The notes beneath the pieces were generated by a model, which was given only the letters and a program-made list of their open reading frames with translations, was not told the DNA's origin and did not search any database. The position numbers were made by a program, and so were the translations under genes. A stretch of 61,700 nt of DNA, the filler included, from Nemertoderma westbladi (lineage: Eukaryota > Animalia > Xenacoelomorpha), in assembly GCA_032718475.1 (NCBI GenBank). It is 3 parts of 3 records of this genome, joined end to end, with 100 filler letters (N's around TTAATTAATTAA, not from the genome) between each part and the next. Parts side by side here need not be neighbours in the genome. Positions count along the whole stretch, not along the records: positions 21,284 to 52,109 come from JAUCBJ010008153.1; 2 more parts are not named here. One strand, 5' to 3'. This document shows positions 26,651 to 37,551 of this stretch, one piece after another. Positions within the stretch are counted from its first letter, which is position 1. Every line of letters starts with the position of its first letter.

Positions 26651-26929
26651 GGATGAAGTTGAGTCTGGGGGAGGAGGTTGTGATATCACTAATTTGATTG
26701 TCATTTAATTATTATTATACGAATGTATTTAGATTTATTATAAGTGAATAAATTGCACCACATGAATAAATTGCACAATGAATAAGTTACACAACATGAA
26801 TAAATTGCACAATATGAATAAATTGCACAACATGAAATGAAATAACGTGACTATGATGACACTATAGCCTATAATGCATCACAGTCTTACAGGCCATTTG
26901 CAAGGCACCCACAATATATCTTTAACCAT

Positions 26930-28895
26930 AACTAGGGAACATGTATTACACGAAGTGGGGCCTTCGCGCAGCACGTGACTTAAATTTAATTTAAGTACTA
27001 ATTCGAAAGTATTACTGTATTAGCAAATTTTAAGCAGATTTCGCCTAATCACTTTTTCCTCTTTCATTTCTATTCAGACATTTCTGACTCTAGCGGTATA
27101 GTGAGAACTGAAGATGGATTAGGGTCTCCAGCCCCACAAAGACACAGCCTATGGATGAATAGTACATACGTACATCGGCCAAGTTTCATATTGAATAACG
27201 GATAACGAAATGAGAGACGGATCTCACTTTCAGAAATTTCGTCGTATAGCGGCAGACCGATTAAATCTCCCCCCCCCCCCCCCCCCCCCACAAAGACGCA
27301 GCATGTGGTCCAGAATATATGGCAAGATTCAGCTTAAACTGATTAAAATCAATGAGACGGGAGAATCTATTCACTTTCAGGCATAAAGTAGTCCTATAGC
27401 GGGTGACTGTTGAACTGATTTTCAACAAAACAAATTTTCAACTTGGCAGCTTTAAATTCGACAAAGTTATAAGCATGTCAATATCATAACGACGACAACG
27501 ATTTCACTTTCAGACATTTGGCCCTCTAGCGGCAGTCTGGAGAACTGCAGATGGATTCGCCTCCTTTGAAAGTCACAGCTAATGGTCTAATACATATCTG
27601 CCAAGTTTCAGCTTAAACGGATTAAAAGCAAAGAAATGGGAGGGCATTTAATGTTTAGACATGTGGCCCTCTAGCGGGAGACCATTGCACTGATGGTGTC
27701 TGAAAGTCTCTCAAAAATCTCAACTTTTGCTCATATTGATACCTACAAATTTTCAACTTTGCAGCTTTAAATCCGACAAAGTTATTAGCATGTCAAAATC
27801 GTAACGACGACAACGATTTCACTTTCAGACCTTTGGCCCTCTAGCGGCAGACTGGAGAACTGCAGATGGATTCGCCTCCTTTGAAAGTCACAGCTAATGG
27901 TCTAATACATATCTGCCAAGTTTCAGCTTAAACGGATTAAAAGCAAAGAAATGGGAGGGCATTTAATGTTTAGACATGTGGCCCTCTAGCGGGAGACCAT
28001 TGCACTGATGGTGTCTGAAAGTCTCTCAAAAATCTCAACTTTTGCTCATATTGATACCTACAAATTTTCAACTTGGCAGCTTTAAATCCGACAAAGTTAT
28101 TAGCATGTCAAAATCGTAACGACGACAACGATTTCACTTTCAGACCTTTGGCCCTCTAGCGGCAGACTGGAGAACTGCAGATGGATTCGCCTCCTTTGAA
28201 AGTCACAGCTAATGGTCTAATACATATCTGCCAAGTTTCAGCTTAAACGGATTAAAAGCAAAGAAATGGGAGGGCATTTAATGTTTAGACATGTGGCCCT
28301 CTAGCGGGAGACCATTGCACTGATGGTGTCTGAAAGTCTCTCAAAAATCTCAACTTTTGCTCATATTGATACCTACAAATTTTCAACTTGGCAGCTTTAA
28401 ATCCGACAAAGTTATTAGCATGTCAAAATCGTAACGACGACAACGATTTCACTTTCAGACCTTTGGCCCTCTAGCGGCAGACTGGAGAACTGCAGATGGA
28501 TTCGCCTCCTTTGAAAGTCACAGCTAATGGTCTAATACATATCTGCCAAGTTTCAGCTTAAACGGATTAAAAGCAAAGAAATGGGAGGGCATTTAATGTT
28601 TAGACATGTGGCCCTCTAGCGGGAGACCATTGCACTGATGGTGTCTGAAAGTCTCTCAAAAATCTCAACTTTTGCTCATATTGATACCTACAAATTTTCA
28701 ACTTGGCAGCTTTAAATCCGACAAAGTTATTAGCATGTCAAAATCGTAACAACGACGACGACGACGACGACGACAACGACGACGACGACGACGACGACAA
28801 CGACGACGACGACAACTATTTGCATAAATTGACCCACCCCCTAACAGTGTCAATTGGCTAAGGCTCCGCCAACTTCGTGGCTCGCCCCACAAATG
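26930..28895. mobile_element. Possible Helentron-associated (HINE/DINE-1-like) non-autonomous element: four 315-bp tandem units plus a (CGA)n microsatellite
   Basis: 315-bp period at 27490, 27805, 28120, 28435 and 28750; (CGA)n at 28750-28813; short inverted subterminal motifs ACGAAGT/ACTTCGT and GTGGGGC/GCCCCAC. The tandem array is certain; the element class is inferred. Confidence 0.5.
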
Positions 28896-29514
28896 CCCTT
28901 ATTTGGAATGGGAATTTCCACTGTACATATACCTCAACCAGCTCTTGTCCCAAATACGTTGCTCTGTCCAGTATAGGTTGTTATAATGAGCCCCGGATTC
29001 GTAGCTGACACTTGGATTATATATCAGTGGAATTTTCCATTAACCTTTACACTATATAGCCAATAAGGGAGATGCCTAACTTTAGGAATGTTGGTATTGG
29101 TACGATGACGAGGAGTTGGCTCATATGATGATTTGATTGGATGTCACTATATTGGACAGGTTGGAAATCATTACACAACGTATTTGGGACAGGTAGGAAT
29201 AATAGAAAGCCCCATAGAAGTGAAGGGAAACACCCTATTCTGGACAATGATGTAGATACTACTGTATTGGCCGAAACACCAATAACTTAACAGTTTATAC
29301 CTTTTTATAGGATATAAATTAGTTTTGTCTTTTTGGGTAAGTTTTTTGGGTAATATTGTGTTTTTTGTGTTTTATTGTGTTTTTTGGGTAAATTTTTGTG
29401 TTTTTTTGTATTTTTGGGTTTTTTTGTGTATTTTTGGGTAATTTTGTGTTTTTTTGGGTAATTCGTAGGACCGAATTTACTTGAATAATAATATATTATA
29501 TATTATATTCCCAA

Positions 29515-30042
29515 ATGAGACCGACAGGGCGGCTTACCGAAACTTTTCTGGGGTATGTTTACTTGTCCACCTTCGATGGGTTAGTCCCCCCAGTATGGAT
29601 GTATGTACAGAACGAACTGGGCCCTACCGGGTACGAGGCTGTGTTCGCCGTTTGGTTCGCCCCACTGGTGCTCGCCATCCCGGCGCTGTATCGTTCCTTC
29701 TCTTCTCGTTATGGAACCGCATTCCTCCGTCTCTCTTGTCTCCTTGGCATCGTATCGTTCCACGCCCCGGACGTTTACAAACGGATGGTCGTGGTTGCCG
29801 TTGGCAATGCTTTCATGTCAATTCTCTTGTGCGTGTCGCTGTGGAATAAAGATGCCAACAAAAGGAAATCCTTTTTCTGTGGGTTAATGTTGGGGGGTCT
29901 ACTTCTTCAAACGTTTCGTATTTGGTTCATTAGCTTCAATCCTTTGTACCTCCACCAAAAGATGAATAAGTTCATCACCGCCATCGCTTTCTTTGCTTCT
30001 ATCGCTATTGTTGAAGATGATTTCCGAGTTGAAGATGAGTAA
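29515..30042 (+). pseudogene. Truncated 5' duplicate of CWH43/PGAP2IP (first 175 codons)
   Basis: Near-identical to 48677-49204, including about 40 bp of upstream sequence. The homology ends at ..EDE and is immediately followed by TAA. Confidence 0.9.
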
Positions 30043-30597
30043 ACTGTATACAGTATATACTTTACCAACAGTATATACATATTTTAAATGAAATATATAT
30101 GTGAGGGAAACTACTGTATACTATTAAATTACCATATAAAATATTTGGGTCATGTTTGGCTACAGATTACCCAATATTTTACTTTGTCCATATAAAATAA
30201 CTGGTCAAATATTACCCATATAAAACCTTAGTAATATACCAGTGTTAATATCAAATACTGGTCATACTTGGTCAAACTTGGCCACATATACCCAAATATA
30301 ACCCATTGTATTTCCCATGTATGGCAATTCCGTGCGGGGTGGCCACTAACAGTACAATTTCCTTTCTAAGGAAAGCTGTATTGTGACAACTGACATTCCA
30401 AACTAGAAAAACTTTATTAACATGCTTTGAGGAACATGTTTGCTCAACCACGTTCTTATCACCACTACCAAAAACGCGCTGTGCAACACTGTATTAATAA
30501 TTAATTATTAACTACTGTATTTTGTCAATATGAAAATATTTTTTTTCTATTTTTGCGACATGCCTTTTTTCGATTGGTTGTGTCTGTTGGTGTGGGG

Positions 30598-30630
<33 letters not shown>

Positions 30631-30976
30631 GAAATCCGGTACAGCTGTCATGGCCATTCCCTTTTCCAACTCCGGCCAATTAAGTTTGTTTTCCCGTGTT
30701 TTGTAAAGTCGTTGAGTTTACAAATCTCCGGGAAACAAAAAATAGATAACAAAACTGGCCGCTCAAGGCCACCATACTTTATACATATGACAGTTCTCTG
30801 CAGTACTGCTTACTGCAGTAATATGAAAGAAATATCGCGAAGTTGTAGCCAACTGTTTATAAATACGGCGTATCAGCTGATCAGTGTATACTGCAGCATA
30901 ATACAGTAATACAGTAATAGGCCTACTGCTGTACTGTAATAATTGTGACTTTAGTTAGAAGTTAGGCCTACTGCGC

Positions 30977-31545
30977 TGTGATGGGATCCACTGAGGATCC
31001 CGGTTTATCCGGTTTCTAGTTTACGCGTCCCCACCGTGTGTATGTGAAAGAGTTCTGAGTTATTGATTGATCGGTGTATATAGGTTCAAGGATATAATAT
31101 AATAAATGATAATAGCACGAATAGTTGATGTTTGATGCAGTGTACCGGTAAATGATAATATATTGCTGACAGCAGACGGAGACTGTAATTAGAGATCCGC
31201 TACTGTCCTAACTGACTGACTTACTACAAGTGAATGAAATAATGCAAGGACCGGTAATATATTGCACGGTTGGCCATGTTGCTCTACTCAGTCGATGCTT
31301 CCCCCTATTGGCTAATAACTCACTTGTCACCCTTCCCATTTCCCTGGGTGTGCTTCCCCCTGCTACTGTCTCCCTCTCCCTCCCGGAGGTATAACCTCTG
31401 ACCCCCGCTGTGTGTGTTCCCTTGGGGCCTATTGTCCCCGCTTATTGGGGTGACACGAGGTTGATTGGTAACCAACCTCGTGCTCCCAATATTGCTTAAA
31501 ACCAACTCTGTGTGTGGGGTGGTTGGCGGAATTGATACGCTAACA
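30977..31545 (-). repeat. 3' LTR of the BEL/Pao element (569 bp)
   Basis: Direct repeat of 44301-44875. By eye it differs by about ten substitutions and one 6-bp indel. Confidence 0.96.
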
Positions 31546-31554
31546 CTCCCCCCC
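31546..31554 (-). promoter_or_regulatory. Polypurine tract (GGGGGGGAG) abutting the 3' LTR
   Basis: The plus strand reads CTCCCCCCC immediately after ...CTAACA. Confidence 0.85.
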
Positions 31555-32375
31555 ATGCTATCTTCCCGGTGAGAAGATAGCATCCACCTCTAGTGCGCTA
31601 CAATTCCGCTGGATCTCGACCTAGTATCGAGTGTGGGGTGGAACTTTTTCTTCGGAGCCGGTTTTCCAGACTGCCCCCTATGGGTATGATATCGCTACCC
31701 TGTTTACCTGGCGTCCTGTGTCGGGCCGATCGTGCCCTCCTCTCACACGACTTTTGTTTCCCCAACACTTTCACCACTAACTCAACTCTACTCTCACCCT
31801 GACTCTCCTCTACTTCCCCTCACTTTCGTCCTAACTTTCGGACCTTCTCGTCCCTCACTCAGCCTCTTATTCCCCCCCCCCCCCCACACTTGAATTGCGC
31901 CTGCACTCTCTCCGCACTACAACTCAACCCCTATCTCACTCACTCACTCCCGACGAGTTTCACCCCCCTCCTGTGCCGTCGCACTCAAGGAGTGTGATGT
32001 CGTCCAGTGTCTCGTCCGTGTTAGTATTATAGTCTATTGGTCCCCAGTCCCAGTAGCTAATTGAGAAAAAAGGTTGTACGACTATAGTACTTACTCTGAT
32101 TGTATTACTTTCTAAACTAATAATGATTTCTACGTACGTACATACTAATTGCACTTTTCAATTATTTAAATTACTTGAATTCGTACTTAGGAGTTCGCAT
32201 GTCTCGCGTGGTGCCTTCCAGGCATATCACATGGATGTCTTAGTTCGTTCCACCTGTCTTTGGGAACCACCTCAACTCTTTCCCTCTATCATCCTCCTCC
32301 CTTGGTCGCTTCCTGGTCACTGCCGCTCCTTTGGTCTTTTCTGCTTTCTGGCTTCGGACCCTCGCCGCCACCTCC

Positions 32376-33341
32376 TTACTGATCCCGGTCGTCGACTCCT
32401 TGGGTGCTGGCGTTATTAGCTCCCGGTATCGCTTCGCGGGTGGCCCCTCCGAGTGGCCCTGTTGTCTCCCCCTGGTGGCGTCCCATAGGATCATTTTCAT
32501 TGCCCGCGGCACATGCTCCGCCAAGAAATCTCTGTTCTGTGGCGTCCAAATACCTCTGCGTATTTATCACCCCGGCATATGACGCCGCCGTCGCCACTTC
32601 CTGGTAGGTAAACGGAAGCCTCCGTTTGATAATCTCCATGTGGGCCTCCTGATTGATGTTAAAGAAGCCCCACCGGAACTCCTGGGCCTTCATACGTTGC
32701 TGAGTCATCACCCCGACGTCGGCCCACTCCTCGAAGATCCTAAACTTCTCTTCATCGTCCATCCAGTCACACTGACGCCTGTAATGCCCCCAAAAGTTAT
32801 ACTTCGAGCACCGGTTATGCAACCGTGGACACGCCCCCATCCTGTGGCTCGACTCGCGGCAGTAGAGACAACTAGTCCCTTTCTGGAACCGGTACAAACA
32901 GCTCCTTTCCTGGTGGGTCTGCCTCCCACAGTAGTCACAGCCGAGCACCAATGTCTCCCGCCCCACATCATCTTTCGTCCCAAGCGATCTCCGCTGTCTG
33001 TGGAGTCGCTGGTAAGCGAACTTCCGGACTTTAGCGTCCCTGTTTATATCGATCTCCTCGCCCCTCCCGGGCATCGTCTCCCCGAATACTACCCGTGGTG
33101 CCATCCCCGGTTGCTCGCCCAACCTGATGGTGCTCCCCGCGAAATCCATCGCCGGCTCCTCATGCACCCGGGCCCGCTTGCCAGGTTTATCCCAGAAGGC
33201 TCTTGCCCCACTGGCCGTCACCACCCTCCCGCCAACCCAGTCTGTGTCCGAGTGGCCGATCCTCTCGATGGGCGGCATATCTCCGAACTCGTCGTCATCC
33301 TCGTCCTCCTCTGGCAGTGGCTCCAATCCCGGCGGACCCAC
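32376..33341 (-). CDS. Accessory ORF, C-terminal part: acidic stretch and three CCHC-type zinc knuckles
   Basis: CDYCGRQTHQERSC, CLYCRESSHRMGAC and degenerate CSKYNFWGHYRRQC (CX2CX4HX4C spacing). Overlaps the upstream ORF in another frame, so it is probably one frameshifted protein. Confidence 0.75.
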   Translation of the reverse strand: MGPPGLEPLPEEDEDDDEFGDMPPIERIGHSDTDWVGGRVVTASGARAFWDKPGKRARVHEEPAMDFAGSTIRLGEQPGMAPRVVFGETMPGRGEEIDINRDAKVRKFAYQRLHRQRRSLGTKDDVGRETLVLGCDYCGRQTHQERSCLYRFQKGTSCLYCRESSHRMGACPRLHNRCSKYNFWGHYRRQCDWMDDEEKFRIFEEWADVGVMTQQRMKAQEFRWGFFNINQEAHMEIIKRRLPFTYQEVATAASYAGVINTQRYLDATEQRFLGGACAAGNENDPMGRHQGETTGPLGGATREAIPGANNASTQGVDDRDQ

Positions 33342-34875
33342 TATGTCCCTTCCCGCCTTGGCTCTCGCCCGTAACTTTCCATCCTTCTAGCTCCCCTAGC
33401 CTCCTTAGCGGCTGATCGCCCTCAGCGCCCGCTGGTATGGGCGTCGTCTGCAATCCCGACGTCGACTGTTTCGGTGATCCCACCGTCCATCCTAGTTCTC
33501 GCCCTAGAGACTTCCCCGAACTCCCTGATGAGGTCCAACGAAGTTCGTCTAAGGCCGCCTGTTCCTCGAAGCTGTAGCTCTGTGCCCTAGCTTCCTCCTC
33601 TCTTTCTTCTGCTTCTCTCCTATCCTGTCTAGCGATTTCTTCCAATCGCTTCGCCTCTCGCCTATCCGCCTCTAACTGCTCCCATCTCTGACACGGCGTA
33701 TCCACCTCCCTGTCTACCAGATGTCGGCTGTTATAGTACACCGACTCGCCCTTCAGCCCCGGGTGATCTACCAGATCCTCGAAAGCCGTCTTAAAGGCTC
33801 TTCTGTAGCTTAGGGGTGATCCCGATAATAGGAATGCCGTTGGTTCCCTCTCGATAACCACGGTCATGAATAGGTTAAGCAAACCCATCATTATCCAGTC
33901 CTCCTGTAGGATATATCGCTTCTGATATACCTTTATCGCTCCTCTCCGGAATTGATACACCTCTTGTCTCCCTGGCCTCGCTCCCCACTTCAGCGAGTTC
34001 GCCAAGTCCGCTCCGTATTCCCCTCTGAACTTACCCCAGTCCATCGGTTTGTGACACACGAGCCCCATTAGCTGGCCCATTGCCACCGCCCCGCAATGTC
34101 CTGTGTTCTCTACTAGTCCCAACCCGTCTGGTGCTGTCATAGCCATATAGACCGTCTGAATATCCAGAAGGTTGGGGGTGTCCGGACCGATGATTCTCTC
34201 CGCGTCGTTGCGAATCGCCGATCCCACTTTCGTCATCGACTTCTCTCTCACTAGGGTTTGCACCGCCTTCGGCAACCGGTTCAACTTCGGCCCGTCCTTC
34301 TTTCCATACGTTCCTAGATCGAATAGGAATATATCCCCATTTAGCGCGGCCAAATTTAGGAGTATGGTTCTGGCTGACGCCACCGTTCCTCTCCTCGAAC
34401 CCTCCTCGTCTTCCACGGTCCCCTCATTGTCTAGGACCATGTACCCTTCTCTGCTGACGGACTCTACGATCCTCTTCCAATCCTTCCTCGGTGGCTCTCT
34501 CGCGTACTTCGGAATCCCGAACTTCGCCTCGTCTCCCTTCACCACGTAGTGGAAATGCTCGAAGATCGCGTTGTCCAGCGACGGCGTCCCGTAGGTCCCG
34601 ACCAGCCACTGTTCGTGCACCGCCCTGAAATGGTCCTGTAGCGATCGTGCTGCGTGACCTCTCTCCAACCGCTCGTAGTATCCCTTCGTCTTCTCTTCCG
34701 GATGCCTCTTGGTGAAATCCACTAGTATTTCTTTTCCTCCTGACTCCGCCTTTCTCTTCTTAATCAGTTTCCCCGCCATTCCAAACACTCTCACTCGCTC
34801 ACCTGTAAGGTGGTGCCTTGCCAAGGCGCAATACAGATGAGTGATCGGTTTAAGATGGTCTGTACAGTTCGACAA
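33295..34875 (-). CDS. Accessory ORF, N-terminal part: DEDDy-type 3'-5' exonuclease (WRN-exo/RNase D/Mut-7-like) followed by a charged coiled coil
   Basis: ExoI YMVLDNEG; LLNLAALNGDIFLFDL; ExoII LPKAVQTLVREKSMTKVGSAIRNDAERI; NLLDIQ; ExoIII YQKRYILQED. Order and spacing follow the DnaQ-like WRN/RNase D pattern (aligned by eye). Confidence 0.75.
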   Translation of the reverse strand: MSNCTDHLKPITHLYCALARHHLTGERVRVFGMAGKLIKKRKAESGGKEILVDFTKRHPEEKTKGYYERLERGHAARSLQDHFRAVHEQWLVGTYGTPSLDNAIFEHFHYVVKGDEAKFGIPKYAREPPRKDWKRIVESVSREGYMVLDNEGTVEDEEGSRRGTVASARTILLNLAALNGDIFLFDLGTYGKKDGPKLNRLPKAVQTLVREKSMTKVGSAIRNDAERIIGPDTPNLLDIQTVYMAMTAPDGLGLVENTGHCGAVAMGQLMGLVCHKPMDWGKFRGEYGADLANSLKWGARPGRQEVYQFRRGAIKVYQKRYILQEDWIMMGLLNLFMTVVIEREPTAFLLSGSPLSYRRAFKTAFEDLVDHPGLKGESVYYNSRHLVDREVDTPCQRWEQLEADRREAKRLEEIARQDRREAEEREEEARAQSYSFEEQAALDELRWTSSGSSGKSLGRELGWTVGSPKQSTSGLQTTPIPAGAEGDQPLRRLGELEGWKVTGESQGGKGHSGSAGIGATARGGRG

Positions 34876-35349
34876 TGGCCTATTCCCTACTTACTCTTGA
34901 GTAATAGCCTAATTTTACTACCTAATTCCCTAAACTGTCAAATTGTACCCTAAATTACAATTTTGTCCGTTACTTTAATTATGTTCCAGAATTTACTTTC
35001 TACTGTTACCATAATTTGTTAATTTTCTTAGCCCTATTCTATTTTTAATATTTTAATTTAATTCAATCCCACTACTGTGCTATTACTTATTATTGCCAAT
35101 GGATTATTCTATTCCATAATCCACATTCTGGCCTACTCTATGGGCTTGTGCAGTACAACAGTATGCGTCGCGTGGCCTACACGATTTATCCAGCTGTACT
35201 CATATGCCCCGCCCCCCTCTCGCTACTTACTACTAACTGATATCTATATTATATATACCCTTCTACCTCTTACTCTTACTAGCCGGTACTACGTACCCTC
35301 TTACTAACCTCTAACTCTCTCTAACTAACTAACAGTACTACGTACCCTC

Positions 35350-35850
35350 TTACTACTAATTTCCCACTGTCTAACTAGCGGTACTACATACTCTCTCACT
35401 ACTAATTTCCCACTATCTAACTAGCGGTACTACATACTCTCACACTACTAATTTCCCACTATCTAACTAGCGGTACTACATACTCTCTCACTACTAATTT
35501 CCCACTATCTAACTAGCGGTACTACATACTCTCTCACTACTAATTTCCCACTATCTAACTAGCGGTACTACATACTCTCTCACTACTAATTTCCCACTAT
35601 CTAACTAGCGGTACTACATACTCTCTCACTACTAATTTCCCACTATCTAACTAGTGGTACTACATACTCTCTCACTACTAATTTCCCACTATCTAACTAG
35701 CGGTACTACATACTCTCTTACTAACGGTACTACGTACCCTCTTACTACTAATTTCCCACTATCTAACTAGCGGTACTACTTGCTACTTGCTAACGGTACT
35801 ACGTACCCTCTTACTACTAATTTCCCACTATCTAACTAGCGGTACTACTT
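35350..35850. repeat. 46-bp tandem repeat inside the BEL/Pao element, between integrase and the accessory ORF
   Basis: ACTAATTTCCCACTATCTAACTAGCGGTACTACATACTCTCTCACT at 35401, 35447 and onward, about 10 copies. Confidence 0.93.
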
Positions 35851-36059
35851 GCTACTTACTGACGGTACTACGTACCTTCTAACTACTAACTCCTACTATC
35901 TGCCTAACTCTTACTACTTCCATCTGCCTACTTACTCTTCCTTTATTTATTATTTTTTTTATATTTTATTTTTATTTGTGGGAAGGGCGTCTCACCCTCA
36001 ATCCCACCCCCCTCAGTGCAAAACTTGGATGACTAAACACCACTAAAATCCACTCTAAC

Positions 36060-37360
36060 TCAAGGTGCCCCCTCTAGCAGACAGCACTTCCCTACAGCTC
36101 TCCTGTAGGTCTTCCTGTCTTTCGCACCTATCTTGCCACCTATTCGCACTTCTACCGATCGGACTCTTCCGTCCTCATCGGAGTAAGTGCCCACAACTCT
36201 CGCCAACCGCCATTGGTTGTTAATGATGGTATCGTCCGTGACGATCACCAGATCACCCTCCTTTAGCTCTCTATTCGTGTTCTCCACTTACTTCTTCTAT
36301 GTAGTGTGGGCAGATATTCCTCGATCCACCTCCTCCAATACTCTGCGCTTATCGCCTTAGCGACTTTCCAACTCTGGCGGGAGTGTATGTCATCTGGGTC
36401 TACACCCCGCATATCGATAGTCGCTGGTCTTTCCATTAGGAAATGGCTGGGCGTCAGCACGTCTAATGACTCAGGGTCATCATTTTCTGGATATAGCAGT
36501 CTGCTATTAATGATACCCTCACACTTTGCTAGTACTGTCCTTAGTACGTCCTCTGTAACCATGTGGGTGTTCATCAACTTCGTCATCAGACGCTTCAAAC
36601 TACCCACTAGTCTCTCGACGCATCCTAGGGTATGCGGAGCATACGGCGTCCTCCTCTCCCATTTCACTTGTCGCCTTCTCATGGCTGCCCTGACTTCCTC
36701 CCCTTCCAGGATATCCAAGGCCTCTGCCATCTCATTCTCTGCCCCCACAAAGTTGGTTCCGCTGTCAGAATACATTACTGCGATCGTCCCACCTTTGCGG
36801 TCTCTAAACCTTTCTAGAGCATTAATGAATGCTGATGCGGTTGCATCTTGGGCGAGTTCTATTCCTACCGCCCGCGTGTTATTACATACGAAGATGATAC
36901 CGTAGAGTTTCTCCGTGTGCCGCATCACCTTAATCTTTATCAGCCCAAACATATCCACACCGCAATGCGTAAATGGCGGGTCGTGCTGTCTCACCCTACT
37001 GGCCGGTAGTGGCGCCATCTTCTGTATGGCTCGCTCCTTCTTCGCTCGTCGGCAGGTCTGGCACTGCCCCACTACTGCCTTTACCTTCTTCCTCAGCTGT
37101 TTGACCCAAAAGGCCCTCCGTATCTCCGTGAGGGTTCGGTTGGTGCCCCCGTGCAATATCGACTTGTGGGAGTCCCATATAATCTGGTGGACTATCGGCG
37201 ATCCAGTAGGTATGATGATGGGTTTTGGCGGTATTACAATACTGTTGTTGTTCAATACCCTCGAGTTCATTACTAGAATCCCGTCATCATTAAGTTGTGG
37301 TGACAGCGTGATCAGCTCGCTGTCTCGTCGAAGATGCTGTTGTTTACCGACGCATTCCAC
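36060..37360 (-). CDS. BEL/Pao integrase (HHCC, DDE core, C-terminal domain; frameshifted)
   Basis: HKSILHGG...CQTC, PPFTHCGVDMFG, YSDSGTNFVG, GCVERLVG, LTPSHFL, W..EYLPTL. The tail GDLVIV..WRLARV..DGRVRSVEV is in ORF 36060-36287. Confidence 0.95.
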
Positions 37361-37551
37361 CTCGTCGCCGTAGTTCTTCTCTCTGCTCGTAGCGGATGAC
37401 TGCTTTGGCTGCTCCCTCCAGATCGATGGTTGCTCTAGCTTTTACGTCTTTGTCGACTCCCTTGAGGAAATTCCCGAAGGCTCTCCAGTACGCCACTAAC
37501 TTCTTGGTCTTGTACCAACTGGAGCTGTAGCTGAGGAGTTTATCCGTCGGG

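Noticed and set aside
28698-28892. Arg-rich protamine-like ORF
   Set aside because: Translation of the (CGA)n microsatellite.
31320-31583. Short ORFs within the LTRs (also 44594-44835)
   Set aside because: No motifs, and they are not conserved as one frame between the two LTRs.
33295-34875. Accessory ORF as an envelope gene
   Set aside because: No signal peptide, fusion-protein Cys pattern or C-terminal TM anchor; exonuclease-like motifs are present instead.
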